From positions 70,170 through 134,169 of IMG/VR virus record IMGVR_UViG_3300046490_000164: a stretch of 64,000 bases of DNA; one strand, given 5' to 3'. The position numbers were made by a program, and so were the translations under genes. The notes under the pieces were generated by a model. The model was not told the origin of the DNA. It searched no databases and saw only the letters and a list, made by a program, of their open reading frames with translations. Shown in pieces: positions 38,227-48,095 of this stretch (positions are counted from its first letter, which is position 1; each line of letters starts with the position of its first letter). This DNA is from a virus.

Positions 38227-39029
38227 CCAAGACCGAGCTCATCCGTGCCGCTGGGGAAGCCGCCCCCGACCTCATGCAGAAGACGGCCGCGGTGATGGCC
38301 GACCTCGAGGCGACCCACCCAGTCTTCGCCAAGGACATGGCGAAGGAGTTGGACGAGGTGGCCGGCTACATCGTCGAGAAGGTCGCCTCAGCCGGACCGG
38401 TCGGATACAGCCCGGTCGCTCGCTGGGCGGCTGGCGTGGGGAGCGCAGTAGCTGGCGGTCTCCTCATCGGCGCCGCCAACGACCTCTACGACACCGCCAA
38501 GCGCGGGCTCACCAAGAAGCGCAACCTCACGAACATCATGAAGGTGAACCCGGACCTGAAGCAGTTCGACAAGGTCCGCCTTCAGCAGAGCTACGACGCC
38601 CTGCACCGCTTCGCCCCGGAGTTCACCGCCGACCCCATGGTCGGTGGGACGCTCCTCAAGGCGGTGGCCGAACTGCCCGGCAACGAGCACACCATCCTGA
38701 AGGACCTCATCAGCTCGAGGAAGACCCTGCTCGAGGCGAAGGACAAGCAGTTCCGTCCGAGCACCGTCACCATCGACCTGCCCTCCTCCTTCGACGTGGC
38801 CATGGATGCCAAGCGGCAGGCTGACGCCGTCTCCATGGCTGCCGAGAACCGCAACCATGCAGTCTCCATGGAGACGGCCAAGAGCGACTCCATGCGCCGC
38901 CTCAAGGAGCAGGAGAGTCGTGAGCGTGCCGATAGCTCCAAGACCGACTTCACCCGCAAGCTACGGCTGGAGAAGTCCAAGGCGACCTTCAACGCCATGG
39001 CGCAGGCCAAGTACAACCCCAAGCGGTAG
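38223..39029 (+). CDS. Hypothetical protein
   Basis: ATGA overlap with the upstream gene. 268 aa. Confidence 0.5.
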   Translation: MTKTELIRAAGEAAPDLMQKTAAVMADLEATHPVFAKDMAKELDEVAGYIVEKVASAGPVGYSPVARWAAGVGSAVAGGLLIGAANDLYDTAKRGLTKKRNLTNIMKVNPDLKQFDKVRLQQSYDALHRFAPEFTADPMVGGTLLKAVAELPGNEHTILKDLISSRKTLLEAKDKQFRPSTVTIDLPSSFDVAMDAKRQADAVSMAAENRNHAVSMETAKSDSMRRLKEQESRERADSSKTDFTRKLRLEKSKATFNAMAQAKYNPKR

Positions 39030-40736
39030 ATGGACAAGCGCACCCTCTTCCTCGGCGCATCCGACGCCGGCGTCTTCGCCCAGGCACTCGATGCCTCGAT
39101 GGAGAAGACTGCCGGCGTGCCGGGGCAGGCATGGGACACCGCCGATGAGATCCGTCGCTTCATCAAGACCCTCACGAAGAAGGACCGGGCAGAGAACTGC
39201 TATGTCCTCGTGACGGCTCTGGGGGCTGGCGAGTACTACGGCTCCAACATCAACGCCGACTACTTCCCCTGGGACGCCCTGGCGCACGAGGGGGAGGACT
39301 ACGGCTACAAGACGTTCCTCAACGCCCACGCCTACGCGCACCACGTCAACAAGGACTCAGAGCGTTCCTTCGGCATCCCGGTCGTCTCCGTCCTGAACCC
39401 GCGTATGAAGCGGGTTGAGCTGGTCATCAAGCTCAACCGGGCGAAGGCCAAGCAGGAGGGTGCGGACGGCATCATCTCCCGCATCGACGCTGGTGAGTTC
39501 CCAGACGTCTCGATGGGCTGCAAGGTGCCCTTCGACGTCTGCTCCTACTGCGGACACCACTCCAAGACCCGCGACGACTACTGCGAGCATATGCGTCCGC
39601 CCCCGGAGATGCGGGGGATCTGGGGTCCGAACAGGATCACCTCGGACGGCGTTCGCATCTGCGTCTACAACACCCTGCCCCGCTTCTTCGACATCTCCTT
39701 CGTCTTCATCGGCGCGGACAAGATCGCCAAGGTGATGGCGAAGCTGGCCTCGAAGGGGAACCAGCACTGCCTTGGGAGCGTCTGTGCTCTTCCCTCTGCT
39801 GGGGAGGAAGATGCCCCCGTCCTGTATGGCGCGCACGGTGAGGTGCTGGACGTGAAGCAGATGCGGAAGGTCGCATCGGCCCAGTGCGATGGGATGCGTG
39901 GCCCGTGCGGTCGTCTCTGTGACGACTGTGCCGAGAAGAGGTCCTGCCACAGCACCAAGCTCGCAAGCGCCTTCGGGGTGAAGGAGGCCACCGAGCGCAA
40001 GGTGGCCGAAATGCTGAAGACCGTCCCGGCCGGCAACTTCGCCATGAAGAAGCTGCCCGAGATGGAGGCCAGCGAGCCTGACCTCCCGAACGACATCCTG
40101 GACTCCATGGCGGGCCACCCGCTTCAGTCGTCAATGGGCACTTCCAGCCTGGCCGGTGTGGTCCTCAAGCCCAGGGAGTTCCAGCGGATCGTCCTCATCA
40201 GGATGGGCGAGGACGACCTGGCCAACGATCTCGACCGCTCCAGGCACGTCTTCCGGCCCGTACATCGGTTTGATGACAGCCTCGATCTCTCCCTCGACCC
40301 GGTAGAAGAGATCCTCCATCTCCTGCTTCCGTATCTGCGTGCGAGGAGCGCCCTCGGGGCCCACCTCCATCTCCGGCGGTCGGGGCCCGCGCAAGAGGTC
40401 AAAAAGACTCTTCCCACCCACGAGCCTGTCGCGCATCCTTTACTGGACAAGGTCAGCGCGGCGTACAACGGCTACCGTCGAAGCATGATGTTGAAGCTGT
40501 CGAAGGTGCGAGAGGAAGTAGAGAGCGACTCAAGGTTGCGGGCAGCGATTCTCGGAGAGACCCTGGGCGACATGTTCCTGAAGACCTCCAGAGCCTCCTC
40601 CGTCGTGACCCCCGACTCGGTTGCATACATGATGAGCGCTCATCTCTCAGACCGTAGCCTGCTGTCCGGCACCGCCGTTGCGGAGTCAATCGCGGTGAGC
40701 AACACCTCGCTCCTCTCTGAGGGGCTCACGGCCTAG
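39030..40736 (+). CDS. Hypothetical large protein with a central Cys cluster (CKVPFDVCSYCGHH...CEH)
   Basis: 568 aa. TAG-ATG junction with the upstream gene. Could be a portal or a protease, but no diagnostic motif was recognised. Confidence 0.5.
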   Translation: MDKRTLFLGASDAGVFAQALDASMEKTAGVPGQAWDTADEIRRFIKTLTKKDRAENCYVLVTALGAGEYYGSNINADYFPWDALAHEGEDYGYKTFLNAHAYAHHVNKDSERSFGIPVVSVLNPRMKRVELVIKLNRAKAKQEGADGIISRIDAGEFPDVSMGCKVPFDVCSYCGHHSKTRDDYCEHMRPPPEMRGIWGPNRITSDGVRICVYNTLPRFFDISFVFIGADKIAKVMAKLASKGNQHCLGSVCALPSAGEEDAPVLYGAHGEVLDVKQMRKVASAQCDGMRGPCGRLCDDCAEKRSCHSTKLASAFGVKEATERKVAEMLKTVPAGNFAMKKLPEMEASEPDLPNDILDSMAGHPLQSSMGTSSLAGVVLKPREFQRIVLIRMGEDDLANDLDRSRHVFRPVHRFDDSLDLSLDPVEEILHLLLPYLRARSALGAHLHLRRSGPAQEVKKTLPTHEPVAHPLLDKVSAAYNGYRRSMMLKLSKVREEVESDSRLRAAILGETLGDMFLKTSRASSVVTPDSVAYMMSAHLSDRSLLSGTAVAESIAVSNTSLLSEGLTA

Positions 40737-40806
40737 AGGTTTCGACCTCGAAGACGGCCACCACAACGTCGCGCATCACCCACCTACCCGCAGCAAGGAG
40801 ATGTTC

Positions 40807-41598
40807 ATGGACCCCACACTGGCTGAGATCTACGGCACCAACCAGACCGACGAGGCCGACGTCGAGAAGCTCGCCGCGGCAGAGCTCGCTGCTGAGCTGA
40901 CCGACGACGGCGACGCCGACATCGAAGGCCTCACCGAGGAGCAGCTCGAGGAAGTCGCCGCCGAGGTCATGGCCTCCGGTGACGAGAACGAGGAAGAGGC
41001 TGCCGTCGAGGAGCCGGCCGAGGAGATGCAGGAGAAGGTCGCCGAGGCCGACCACCTCGGGCGCGTCATGGCGCACGCCTTCGTCCAGGAGAGCCGCGAG
41101 ATCGAGAAGGAGGCTGGCATCAAGGATCTCGCCAAGAAGGGCCTCGACGCCGCCAAGACGCACGGTGGCAAGGTGCTCGCCAAGGTCAAGGAGATCGGTG
41201 GCAAGGCCAAGGGCCACGCCAAGCGGTACGGCGAGCTGATGGCTGGTGGCGAGAAGCCCCTGGCCGGCGGCAAGCGTCCGGGCAACGCCCTCAAGCTCCA
41301 CGCGAAGGGCAGCCACTACCGCTCGGAGCAGCTGAAGTCCCTCGGCGCCCGGGCGGGTACCGCCGCGGCCGTGGGTGCTGCTGGTGGTGCCGCCGCGTAC
41401 AAGCGGAAGCACTCCTCCGCCCTCGACACCCTCGTGCAGCAGCGCGCCCTCGAGATCCTCGCCGCGAACGGCGTCGAGATCGAGCCCGAGGAGACCGAGA
41501 AGACGTCGGCCGCCGACAAGTACGACGTCCTGGCGGACGTGGTCGAGCAGCGCGCCCAGGAGCTCCTGGTCGCCAACGGCTACGAGTTCCAGGAGTAG
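40807..41598 (+). CDS. Acidic/Lys-rich protein, tandem paralog A
   Basis: AAGGAG RBS 6 nt before the second ATG at 40807. The C-terminal block HSSALDTLVQQRALEILAANGVEIE matches the C-terminus of the downstream gene. Confidence 0.5.
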   Translation: MDPTLAEIYGTNQTDEADVEKLAAAELAAELTDDGDADIEGLTEEQLEEVAAEVMASGDENEEEAAVEEPAEEMQEKVAEADHLGRVMAHAFVQESREIEKEAGIKDLAKKGLDAAKTHGGKVLAKVKEIGGKAKGHAKRYGELMAGGEKPLAGGKRPGNALKLHAKGSHYRSEQLKSLGARAGTAAAVGAAGGAAAYKRKHSSALDTLVQQRALEILAANGVEIEPEETEKTSAADKYDVLADVVEQRAQELLVANGYEFQE

Positions 41599-41605
41599 CA
41601 CCTAG

Positions 41606-41640
41606 GTGCGGGGCTCTGGGTACGAGACAGAGCCCCGCAC
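41606..41640 (+). terminator. Intrinsic terminator with a 13-bp perfect stem (GTGCGGGGCTCTG...CAGAGCCCCGCAC)
   Basis: Read directly from the sequence, 8 nt after the stop of 40807-41598. Followed by a C/T-rich tract. Confidence 0.55.
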
Positions 41641-41671
41641 CGCCTTTCCCTCTTCGCTCTGGAACCACACG

Positions 41672-42139
41672 ATGACCTACGACGAACTGGAAGTCCTGGC
41701 CGAGGAAGTTCTCGAGAAGACCGCCGCCTCTGCTGGTCAGCAGGGTGAGGAAGGCCACAAGCTGTGGCAGGCCAACCAGGCTCGTCGCTCAGCGGAGGAG
41801 GAGATCGCAGACCTTCCTCGTGGCCTGCACCATGGGCGCGAGAGCAGCATCGGCCCGTCCAAGCCGAAGACCGTCATGGATCGCATCAAGGACGTAGGCA
41901 GCAAGGCCAAGGGCCGTGCCAAGGAGCTGGGGGCCAAGGCCAAGCACCACGCCGGCCGTGCCGTCGAGGTGGTCAAGAAGCACCCGAAGTCGTTCGGCGC
42001 AGGTGCTGTGGGGCTGGCAGCCGCTGGCTACGGAGCACACCGTCTGTCCAAGCAGAGCTCTGCTCTCGACACCCTCGTCCTTCTGCGTGCTGAGGAGATC
42101 CTGGCCGAGAACGGCATCGGTACCGCGGAGCAGGAGTAG
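41672..42139 (+). CDS. Tandem paralog B of 40807-41598
   Basis: ATG 41672 (MTYDELEVLAEEVLEK). Shares SSALDTLVLLRAEEILAENGIGTAEQE and a GSKAKGRAKELGAKAKHHA block with paralog A. Confidence 0.5.
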   Translation: MTYDELEVLAEEVLEKTAASAGQQGEEGHKLWQANQARRSAEEEIADLPRGLHHGRESSIGPSKPKTVMDRIKDVGSKAKGRAKELGAKAKHHAGRAVEVVKKHPKSFGAGAVGLAAAGYGAHRLSKQSSALDTLVLLRAEEILAENGIGTAEQE

Positions 42140-42148
42140 TTCTCGTCG

Positions 42149-42601
42149 ATGCCGGCATGGATCCACGACCGCGCGAAGCACATCCGGAGCAAGAACCCGG
42201 AGATGTCGGAGAGTGAGTCCTTCGCAATAGCAACGCAGCAGGCACATGCAACAGGACACACCCCGAAGGGGTTTGGAACGTCACAGGGGAAGAAGGTAGC
42301 GAAGGGGAAGTACGACGAGCCGAAGGCGGAGTACGTGCAGACTGCGGATCCGAGCAGCAAGACCAAGAAGAGCAGCATCAGCTTGGTCTCGGTGCAGGGC
42401 TTCGCAAGAGAACTTGAGAAGATCGCAACGTTGGCAAGTGTGAACGCAGTAGGGAATGGAGCACTCAGGCGTTCGACGTTGATGACGCCGCCAAAGAAGA
42501 CCTCGATTCCCAGAGACCCGGCACCACCTGCACCGATGACCGACCTTCTCAGCAGCACCAAGACGATCCAACCTCCGCCAGTGACGGCGGGCAGTCTGTA
42601 A
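42149..42601 (+). CDS. Hypothetical protein with an internal FARELEKIA motif (paralog family member 3, divergent)
   Basis: 150-aa ORF. The motif FARELEKIATLASVNAVGNG sits mid-protein. Confidence 0.4.
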   Translation: MPAWIHDRAKHIRSKNPEMSESESFAIATQQAHATGHTPKGFGTSQGKKVAKGKYDEPKAEYVQTADPSSKTKKSSISLVSVQGFARELEKIATLASVNAVGNGALRRSTLMTPPKKTSIPRDPAPPAPMTDLLSSTKTIQPPPVTAGSL

Positions 42602-42611
42602 GGAGACCGAG

Positions 42612-43631
42612 ATGCACGCAAAGCTCGCGGGCCACCGCCTTCCTCTTCAGGAGATGATCACCGCCCACATCGACGCGGCGCGCACCAAGCTCGCGGCCGA
42701 GGAGAAGGGCGAGGAGAAGAAGGACGAGAAGGTGAAGAACCTCCTCAAGTTCGAGAAGAAGGAGCACGGCCACGTTCCGTCGGTGAAGGAGGAGAAGGAG
42801 GAGTACGAGAAGAAGTCCTCCGTCGACTTCCACGACCCGGACGACATGGACAAGCTCGCCTCGGCCCTCGACGCCGTGGGCGACGCGCTCACCAAGCAGG
42901 CCGACTCCGTCGACAACGGCGGGGAGAAGAAGCAGGGCGGCGAGCAGCTGGCCACCCAGTCGCCGACCCCGGGCAAGCAGAACTACGCCCGCGGCGCCGC
43001 CACAGCCGCCCACCAGCCCAAGAAGGAAGCCGACAAGTCCACCGTCGACAACCCGGGACCGGCCACTGCCGTCTCCACCGACGACAAGCGTCCGCCGGGT
43101 GGTGGCGCCAAGTACCCGGCCAAGGGCGTGTTCAAGACCGCCAGCCAGTCGGTGCGTGACCTCATCGAGGCGAAGAAGGCCGAGAAGGCCGGCACCGTGG
43201 TCGAGGAGACCGAGAAGAGCGCCTCCGTCGGCAACGAGGCCGTCGACTTCATCCTCGACAAGGTCGCGGAGTTCCAGGGTGGCGGGCTCGTCCTCTCGGA
43301 CGACAAGGCGGGCAACAACCCGATGCCGGCGATGGTGCCGGGCCGCTCGCTCATCCAGAACAAGGACTCCATCAAGAACGTGACGAAGAAGGACGCGAAG
43401 TCTCCGCGCAAGGCCGAGCTCACCCAGGTCCTCACCGAGCCGGCCATGTCGAAGGCCCACGATCCTGTCGTCCAGAACAACCTGCGTAACGCCTCCAAGG
43501 GTGGCGTGAAGATCGCAGCGGCCAAGGCGTACCTCCAGAAGATCGCAGAGGAGGGGTGCACGTGCGGCAAGAAGGGTGAGTGCCGTCACTGCAAGCTCGC
43601 CAAGGCCATCGAGGCCAAGAAGGCCTCCTAA
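42612..43631 (+). CDS. Lys/Glu/Ala-rich protein (scaffold- or internal-virion-like)
   Basis: 339 aa, highly charged and helical-looking, with a C-terminal CTCGKKGECRHC motif. Confidence 0.5.
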   Translation: MHAKLAGHRLPLQEMITAHIDAARTKLAAEEKGEEKKDEKVKNLLKFEKKEHGHVPSVKEEKEEYEKKSSVDFHDPDDMDKLASALDAVGDALTKQADSVDNGGEKKQGGEQLATQSPTPGKQNYARGAATAAHQPKKEADKSTVDNPGPATAVSTDDKRPPGGGAKYPAKGVFKTASQSVRDLIEAKKAEKAGTVVEETEKSASVGNEAVDFILDKVAEFQGGGLVLSDDKAGNNPMPAMVPGRSLIQNKDSIKNVTKKDAKSPRKAELTQVLTEPAMSKAHDPVVQNNLRNASKGGVKIAAAKAYLQKIAEEGCTCGKKGECRHCKLAKAIEAKKAS

Positions 43632-43658
43632 CACGAGAGCCCAGAGAGGACAGGCGTC

Positions 43659-44027
43659 ATGAGGAAGATCAGCAGCGTCGAGGCCGGACAGATGATGAAG
43701 CTGGCGGCCGCGAATCTCCGGGGACTCTCGGAGGAGAACCAGCAGCTCCGCGAGAAGGTCGCGAGCTACGAGAAGAGGGAGCGCGCCGAGAAGATCGCCA
43801 CCGCGATGGAGGAGAAGGGCCTCGAGCCCGAGGCCTCCTTCGAGGACAAGGTGGACGGTCTGCTCAAGCGCGAGGACCTCGACGTGGTGGAGAAGGCCGT
43901 CGGCTTCTCGGCACCCCAGATGAAGATCGCCTCCGTGCACGAAGACGGGTTCGGTGGCGAAGTCGAGGGTGACACCGAGGGCGGATCGGCGGCAGCGAAC
44001 TTCGCAGCGGGCCTGGCCTCGCTATAG
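43659..44027 (+). CDS. Coiled-coil protein, putative scaffolding protein
   Basis: 122 aa. Predicted coiled coil (LRGLSEENQQLREKVASYEKRERAEKIATAMEEKG). Lies two genes upstream of the putative capsid gene. Confidence 0.45.
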   Translation: MRKISSVEAGQMMKLAAANLRGLSEENQQLREKVASYEKRERAEKIATAMEEKGLEPEASFEDKVDGLLKREDLDVVEKAVGFSAPQMKIASVHEDGFGGEVEGDTEGGSAAANFAAGLASL

Positions 44028-44076
44028 GCCCATCAACCGCAGTGAACACACACAACCCTTGAAGGAGAGCTGACAG

Positions 44077-44547
44077 ATGGCAACCCCGAACTTCGAGCTC
44101 GTCACCGAGCTCCAGACGACCACCCGCCGGGACTTCCCCCTGGCTGACCTCACGGCGCTCGCGCCGCTCAACTCCAACGCGCTGCTGGACGGCGAGTGGC
44201 TGGAGCTCGACTCCAACTACAAGCTGGCCCGTGGTGCCGCCGGTGCTGGCCTCGTGCCGGCGTACGTCGTCCACACCGAGCGCGGTCGGTACGACACGCA
44301 GGCCATCGGCAAGGTGAACGTGATCATGCTCGGCATGTACGAGGCCGAGACCAAGATCGTGGACACCACCTCCCTGGTGATCGGCTCGCCGCTCATCGTC
44401 ACCGACGTCAACACCCAGGGCTACGCCTCCCGGCGCGGCCTCGCCATCGAAGGCGCCACAGCTGGCCGCATGCTGGTCGGCTACGTCAGCAAGCTCCCCG
44501 GTGGCGGCAAGGTCCGCTTCGTCCACTTCGGCTACCAGAAGCGGTAA
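44077..44547 (+). CDS. Hypothetical virion protein (head-associated?)
   Basis: GAAGGAGAG RBS. 156 aa. Confidence 0.5.
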   Translation: MATPNFELVTELQTTTRRDFPLADLTALAPLNSNALLDGEWLELDSNYKLARGAAGAGLVPAYVVHTERGRYDTQAIGKVNVIMLGMYEAETKIVDTTSLVIGSPLIVTDVNTQGYASRRGLAIEGATAGRMLVGYVSKLPGGGKVRFVHFGYQKR

Positions 44548-44583
44548 TCGGTAGCCCACCCCCAGGAACCAGGAGACCAGCAA

Positions 44584-45714
44584 ATGAGCATCCCATCCAA
44601 GGCCGTCAACGACCTCTTCTTCGAGAAGGTCGGTACCTCGGAAGGCAAGGACAAGATCGCGGAGTTCGGCGGGACGTACATCCGCGACCGCCTCCGCGAA
44701 GTGTCCTTCGCCCGCAAGATCCTGCCGCCCACGCCGGTGCAGCGCACCGAGCTCCAGCGGTCGGTCAACCACGACACCCTCGTGAAGATCGTCGACGTGG
44801 AGCCCAACTCGCGGGCCATGTCGATGTCCTTCCGCGGGCAGCCCACCGCCCGCCTCATCCGCGCCGCGCGCTTCGAGATCCCCTTCTTCACGATCTCCTC
44901 GGAGAAGTTCGAGAAGCACGAGCAGGAGCTCCTGGCGTACGAGATGCCCATCACCAAGATCATCGAGGAGAACTCGGTGAAGGACATCCAGGCCATCGAG
45001 GACCGGCAGTTCCTGGTCTACGACGAGGCCGCCATCCAGGCGATGCAGCTCTCGGTCAACGGCGTGACGTCCTTCACGTCCGGCACCGCAGCCACCTCCG
45101 CGAACTTCCTCGCGGGCACCTGCAAGGCCGGCTCCGTGGTGAAGGGTGAGGGCGCCCTCCAGTCCGCCACCACCGACTTCGTGATCCACCCGATCCTGAA
45201 GCCGGACTTCATCAAGATCAAGCAGCTCCTGCACCGCCGCTTCCTCCGGGCGGAGCGCATCCTCATCACCGAGCCCGACTACGACAACCTGTCGGCCTGG
45301 ACCATCCAGGACGTCTGGAACATCGCGGCCGAGACGGCGACCGAGGGCTGGAAGGCCAACACGGTGGTCGGCCTCAAGATCATCCGGACCATCAAGACCA
45401 ACATCCTCCGCGAGGGCAACGTCTACTGCTTCACCGCCCCCGAGTTCTTCGGCCGGTTCTACATCCTGAACCAGACGAAGTTCTACATCGACAAGATCGC
45501 CAACCTGATCACCTGGCAGAGCTGGGAAGACATCGGGATGGGCATCGGCAACATCTCGTCGATCGTGAAGCTCGAGCTCTACTCGGGCTCCGTCTCGCCT
45601 GGCCAGGAGACCACCGGCTACGCCGCCCTCCTGCCGGCTGACGAGGACCAGCTGAACCCGGTCAACAACAAGGCCGACGACGGCAACACGGTGCCTGCGG
45701 TCGACCAGTTCTAA
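44584..45714 (+). CDS. Putative major capsid protein
   Basis: CAGGAGACC RBS. 376 aa, a size typical of HK97-fold capsid proteins. Preceded by scaffold-like genes and followed immediately by a strong terminator, as is usual for highly expressed capsid genes. No sequence motif confirms the call. Confidence 0.45.
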   Translation: MSIPSKAVNDLFFEKVGTSEGKDKIAEFGGTYIRDRLREVSFARKILPPTPVQRTELQRSVNHDTLVKIVDVEPNSRAMSMSFRGQPTARLIRAARFEIPFFTISSEKFEKHEQELLAYEMPITKIIEENSVKDIQAIEDRQFLVYDEAAIQAMQLSVNGVTSFTSGTAATSANFLAGTCKAGSVVKGEGALQSATTDFVIHPILKPDFIKIKQLLHRRFLRAERILITEPDYDNLSAWTIQDVWNIAAETATEGWKANTVVGLKIIRTIKTNILREGNVYCFTAPEFFGRFYILNQTKFYIDKIANLITWQSWEDIGMGIGNISSIVKLELYSGSVSPGQETTGYAALLPADEDQLNPVNNKADDGNTVPAVDQF

Positions 45715-45746
45715 GCTGGTCAACGCACCGCGAATGGTGCAACCTG

Positions 45747-45780
45747 AGAGGCACCTAGCACCCGCTGGGTGCCTCTCTTC
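45747..45780 (+). terminator. Intrinsic terminator (stem GAGAGGCACC...GGTGCCTCTC) followed by a TTCTCTTCC tract
   Basis: Read directly from the sequence. Lies 33 nt after the stop of the putative capsid gene. Confidence 0.55.
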
Positions 45781-45796
45781 TCTTCCAGGAGCCTAC

Positions 45797-46243
45797 ATGC
45801 ACTACGTCATTCGCTCAGCCATGAAGCCGGGGGTTCGACTCACCCCCATGCAGCGCAGCTCTTCGTTCTTCAGCGAGGAGCCTCGCCTCGGCACCACCAT
45901 CCTGCGCCGCGGGACGGAGATCACCCTCACGGCAGAGCAGTACGCCCTGGCGGAGACCCGCATCCGGCAGCTCCTCTCGGCCGAGGCCATCATCGTCTCC
46001 AAGGTCGGGGACGAGGTGAAGGGTGAGGGCTACGAGGTCACGAAGGCCAAGGAGGAGGCTGCGGCAGCGGAAGCCAAGGCCAAGCAGGAGGCCGAGGCAG
46101 CCGCAGAGGCAGCCCGTCTAGCGGAGGCCGCCAAGGCGGCCGAGGTCCCGCCCGAGCAGCCGGCTGTCGTCGAGGCGACCCAGGAGCCTGCCCAGCAGCC
46201 CGAGCAGACCGACGTCACCAAGCCCACCAAGAAGAAGAAGTAG
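45797..46243 (+). CDS. Ala/Glu/Lys-rich protein (decoration-like?)
   Basis: ATG 45797 with an AGGAGC RBS. Begins MHYVIRSAMKPGVRL and has a C-terminal AEAKAKQEAEAAAEAARLAEAAKAAE low-complexity tail. Confidence 0.45.
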   Translation: MHYVIRSAMKPGVRLTPMQRSSSFFSEEPRLGTTILRRGTEITLTAEQYALAETRIRQLLSAEAIIVSKVGDEVKGEGYEVTKAKEEAAAAEAKAKQEAEAAAEAARLAEAAKAAEVPPEQPAVVEATQEPAQQPEQTDVTKPTKKKK

Positions 46244-46258
46244 GCGAGGCTCGGCACT

Positions 46259-46594
46259 ATGCGAGTCTTCAACCTCAGCAGTCAGTTCGTGGACTACCGC
46301 GGGCGCAACATCCCACCCAATGGTTACTACGACTTCCCAGGTCTCACCCACATCCCCGACCGTGACCGGGCCCTGGAGCGTTCCAGGATCCTCGCCTTCG
46401 GGAAGCTGCCGCAGTGGTGGCTGCTCGAGCAAGAGCTCAAGCTCGTCCCCGAGCAGGCCAAGTCCGTCACCGACCAGCCCAAGCCTCTCGCTGTGGCGAA
46501 GAGGCTCGAGGATGTGGTGGTGGCGTCGGAAGAGACGACGGAAGCCGAGACCAAGGGTACCAAGGAATCTCAGTCCTTCTCGAAGCGGCGGTAG
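46259..46594 (+). CDS. Hypothetical protein
   Basis: 111-aa ORF. Confidence 0.4.
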   Translation: MRVFNLSSQFVDYRGRNIPPNGYYDFPGLTHIPDRDRALERSRILAFGKLPQWWLLEQELKLVPEQAKSVTDQPKPLAVAKRLEDVVVASEETTEAETKGTKESQSFSKRR

Positions 46595-46606
46595 CAGGAG
46601 GCGGCC

Positions 46607-47149
46607 TTGTCGGACCCGAACGCACTGACTCCGGCCCAGCAGGCCGCCTCCCCCGGTCCCGTGGCCTCTGAGCCTGGGGACCTTCCTCGCGCCAACGTCG
46701 AGCTCAACGCCTTCGTCAACGCCGTCCGTGCCTTCCTCCGTGACTACCCGGAGCTCAACCGCCTCGTCTCCGGGGAGGAGAGCACCAACAGGCAGATCAT
46801 GTGGGCCATCGCGGACTGCCTGGACGACTTCAACACCACCCCGCCCTTCACCAGCTTCGGCATCGGCACCTTCCCCTCGAAGAGCATGTTGCTGCGCGGG
46901 ACGGTGTGCACGCTCCTCGAGAGCATCGGTCTGCTCCAGACGCGCAACCACCTCCAGTTCTCGGACGGCGGCATCACGGTCGGCATCAACGACAAGACGC
47001 CCTTCCTCCAGAGCTGGATTCAGCTCTTCCGCAACTCCTACGAGGAGAAGAAGCTGAAGCTCAAGGTGGCCTACAACATCGAGAATGCCTGGGGCGGAGG
47101 CATCTTCTCGGAGTTCCGGTTCATCAACAACTTCTACGGAGAATGGTGA
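46607..47149 (+). CDS. Hypothetical protein
   Basis: 180-aa ORF; its stop overlaps the next start (TGATG). Confidence 0.5.
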   Translation: MSDPNALTPAQQAASPGPVASEPGDLPRANVELNAFVNAVRAFLRDYPELNRLVSGEESTNRQIMWAIADCLDDFNTTPPFTSFGIGTFPSKSMLLRGTVCTLLESIGLLQTRNHLQFSDGGITVGINDKTPFLQSWIQLFRNSYEEKKLKLKVAYNIENAWGGGIFSEFRFINNFYGEW

Positions 47150-47484
47150 TGCTCGAGGCCTCTTACACAGCCTTCTTTGATGAGCTGGAGAAGATCGCTG
47201 TCAGCCCGACCTGGGTGCGCAACACCACAGCCACCGCTGCGAAGCGTATCGCTAGCTCCGGGCAGGCTGGGGCAGACCGAGTGCAGAAGTTCGTGGTGAA
47301 CAACATCAAGAAGCGCAACACCCTACAGGCAGCCCAGAAGAAGCCCTTCGCGGGGCGGGCGGCTTGGAAGCGCAACGAGGCGGTGGAGGAGGGCACGATC
47401 GCCGGCCACTACTCCAAGAAGCCGAACCCGTGGCACTTCGACGACAACACGGCTCAGCACGAACTGAAGCCTGGGACACGTTAG
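47149..47484 (+). CDS. Small protein with the N-terminal AFFDELEKIA motif (paralog family member 4)
   Basis: ATG 47149 in a TGATG overlap. Begins MLEASYTAFFDELEKIAVSPTW. Confidence 0.5.
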   Translation: MLEASYTAFFDELEKIAVSPTWVRNTTATAAKRIASSGQAGADRVQKFVVNNIKKRNTLQAAQKKPFAGRAAWKRNEAVEEGTIAGHYSKKPNPWHFDDNTAQHELKPGTR

Positions 47485-47493
47485 GAGAACGAC

Positions 47494-47634
47494 ATGCAGT
47501 GGAGAACCTTCAGCTCCCCGAACATGAGCGACATCGTGAAGTTCATGAACACGAACTCCATCGTCTTCGGGACGCACTTCCCTTCGATCTTCCAGGACAA
47601 CAGCGGCGGCTACACGCTCGTCTACTACAAGTAG
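47494..47634 (+). CDS. Very small hypothetical protein (46 aa)
   Basis: Strong RBS TAGGAGAAC and ATG 47494. Hand-translated MQWRTFSSPNMSDIVKFMNTNSIVFGTHFPSIFQDNSGGYTLVYYK. Not in the ORF track (below its size cut-off). Confidence 0.35.
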   Translation: MQWRTFSSPNMSDIVKFMNTNSIVFGTHFPSIFQDNSGGYTLVYYK

Positions 47635-47672
47635 TTCCCACACCCCTGCTGCCGCCGTAGCCTGGGAACGAC

Positions 47673-48086
47673 ATGGCCGACCTCTTCGAGACCCTCTCCG
47701 AGTCCTACAAGCGCAAGCTTGCGGGGCCGGAGTTCTTGAGCAAGCTCAGGGCGCTCGCGGCGGCTCACCCGGCACAGACCGGGCGCATCATCGGAGGCGT
47801 GGCCTTCACCGCCGGCCAGTACCTCTCCAACCGCGCCACCAAGGGTGGGAAGTCGCAACAGCAGCGTGCCTACGGGAACGCAGAGCGTCGTGTTCTAGAT
47901 GCAAAGCGCGAGCGTGAGCGAGAAGGTCGCAAGCCCTCCATGGTGGAGGAGACCGCCGAGATCATGGCTACCCCGCTGCGTCAGCTAGGGGATGCCGCGG
48001 CCCGTCGTCCTCTCCGCTACGCCCTCGTCGCAGCCCCTTTCGGTGCCAGTCTCGGTGCCGCCGTCGCCAAGAAACTGATCAGGTAG
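47673..48086 (+). CDS. Hypothetical protein
   Basis: 137-aa ORF. Start context GGGAACGACATG. Confidence 0.45.
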   Translation: MADLFETLSESYKRKLAGPEFLSKLRALAAAHPAQTGRIIGGVAFTAGQYLSNRATKGGKSQQQRAYGNAERRVLDAKREREREGRKPSMVEETAEIMATPLRQLGDAAARRPLRYALVAAPFGASLGAAVAKKLIR

Positions 48087-48095
48087 GAGAACACC

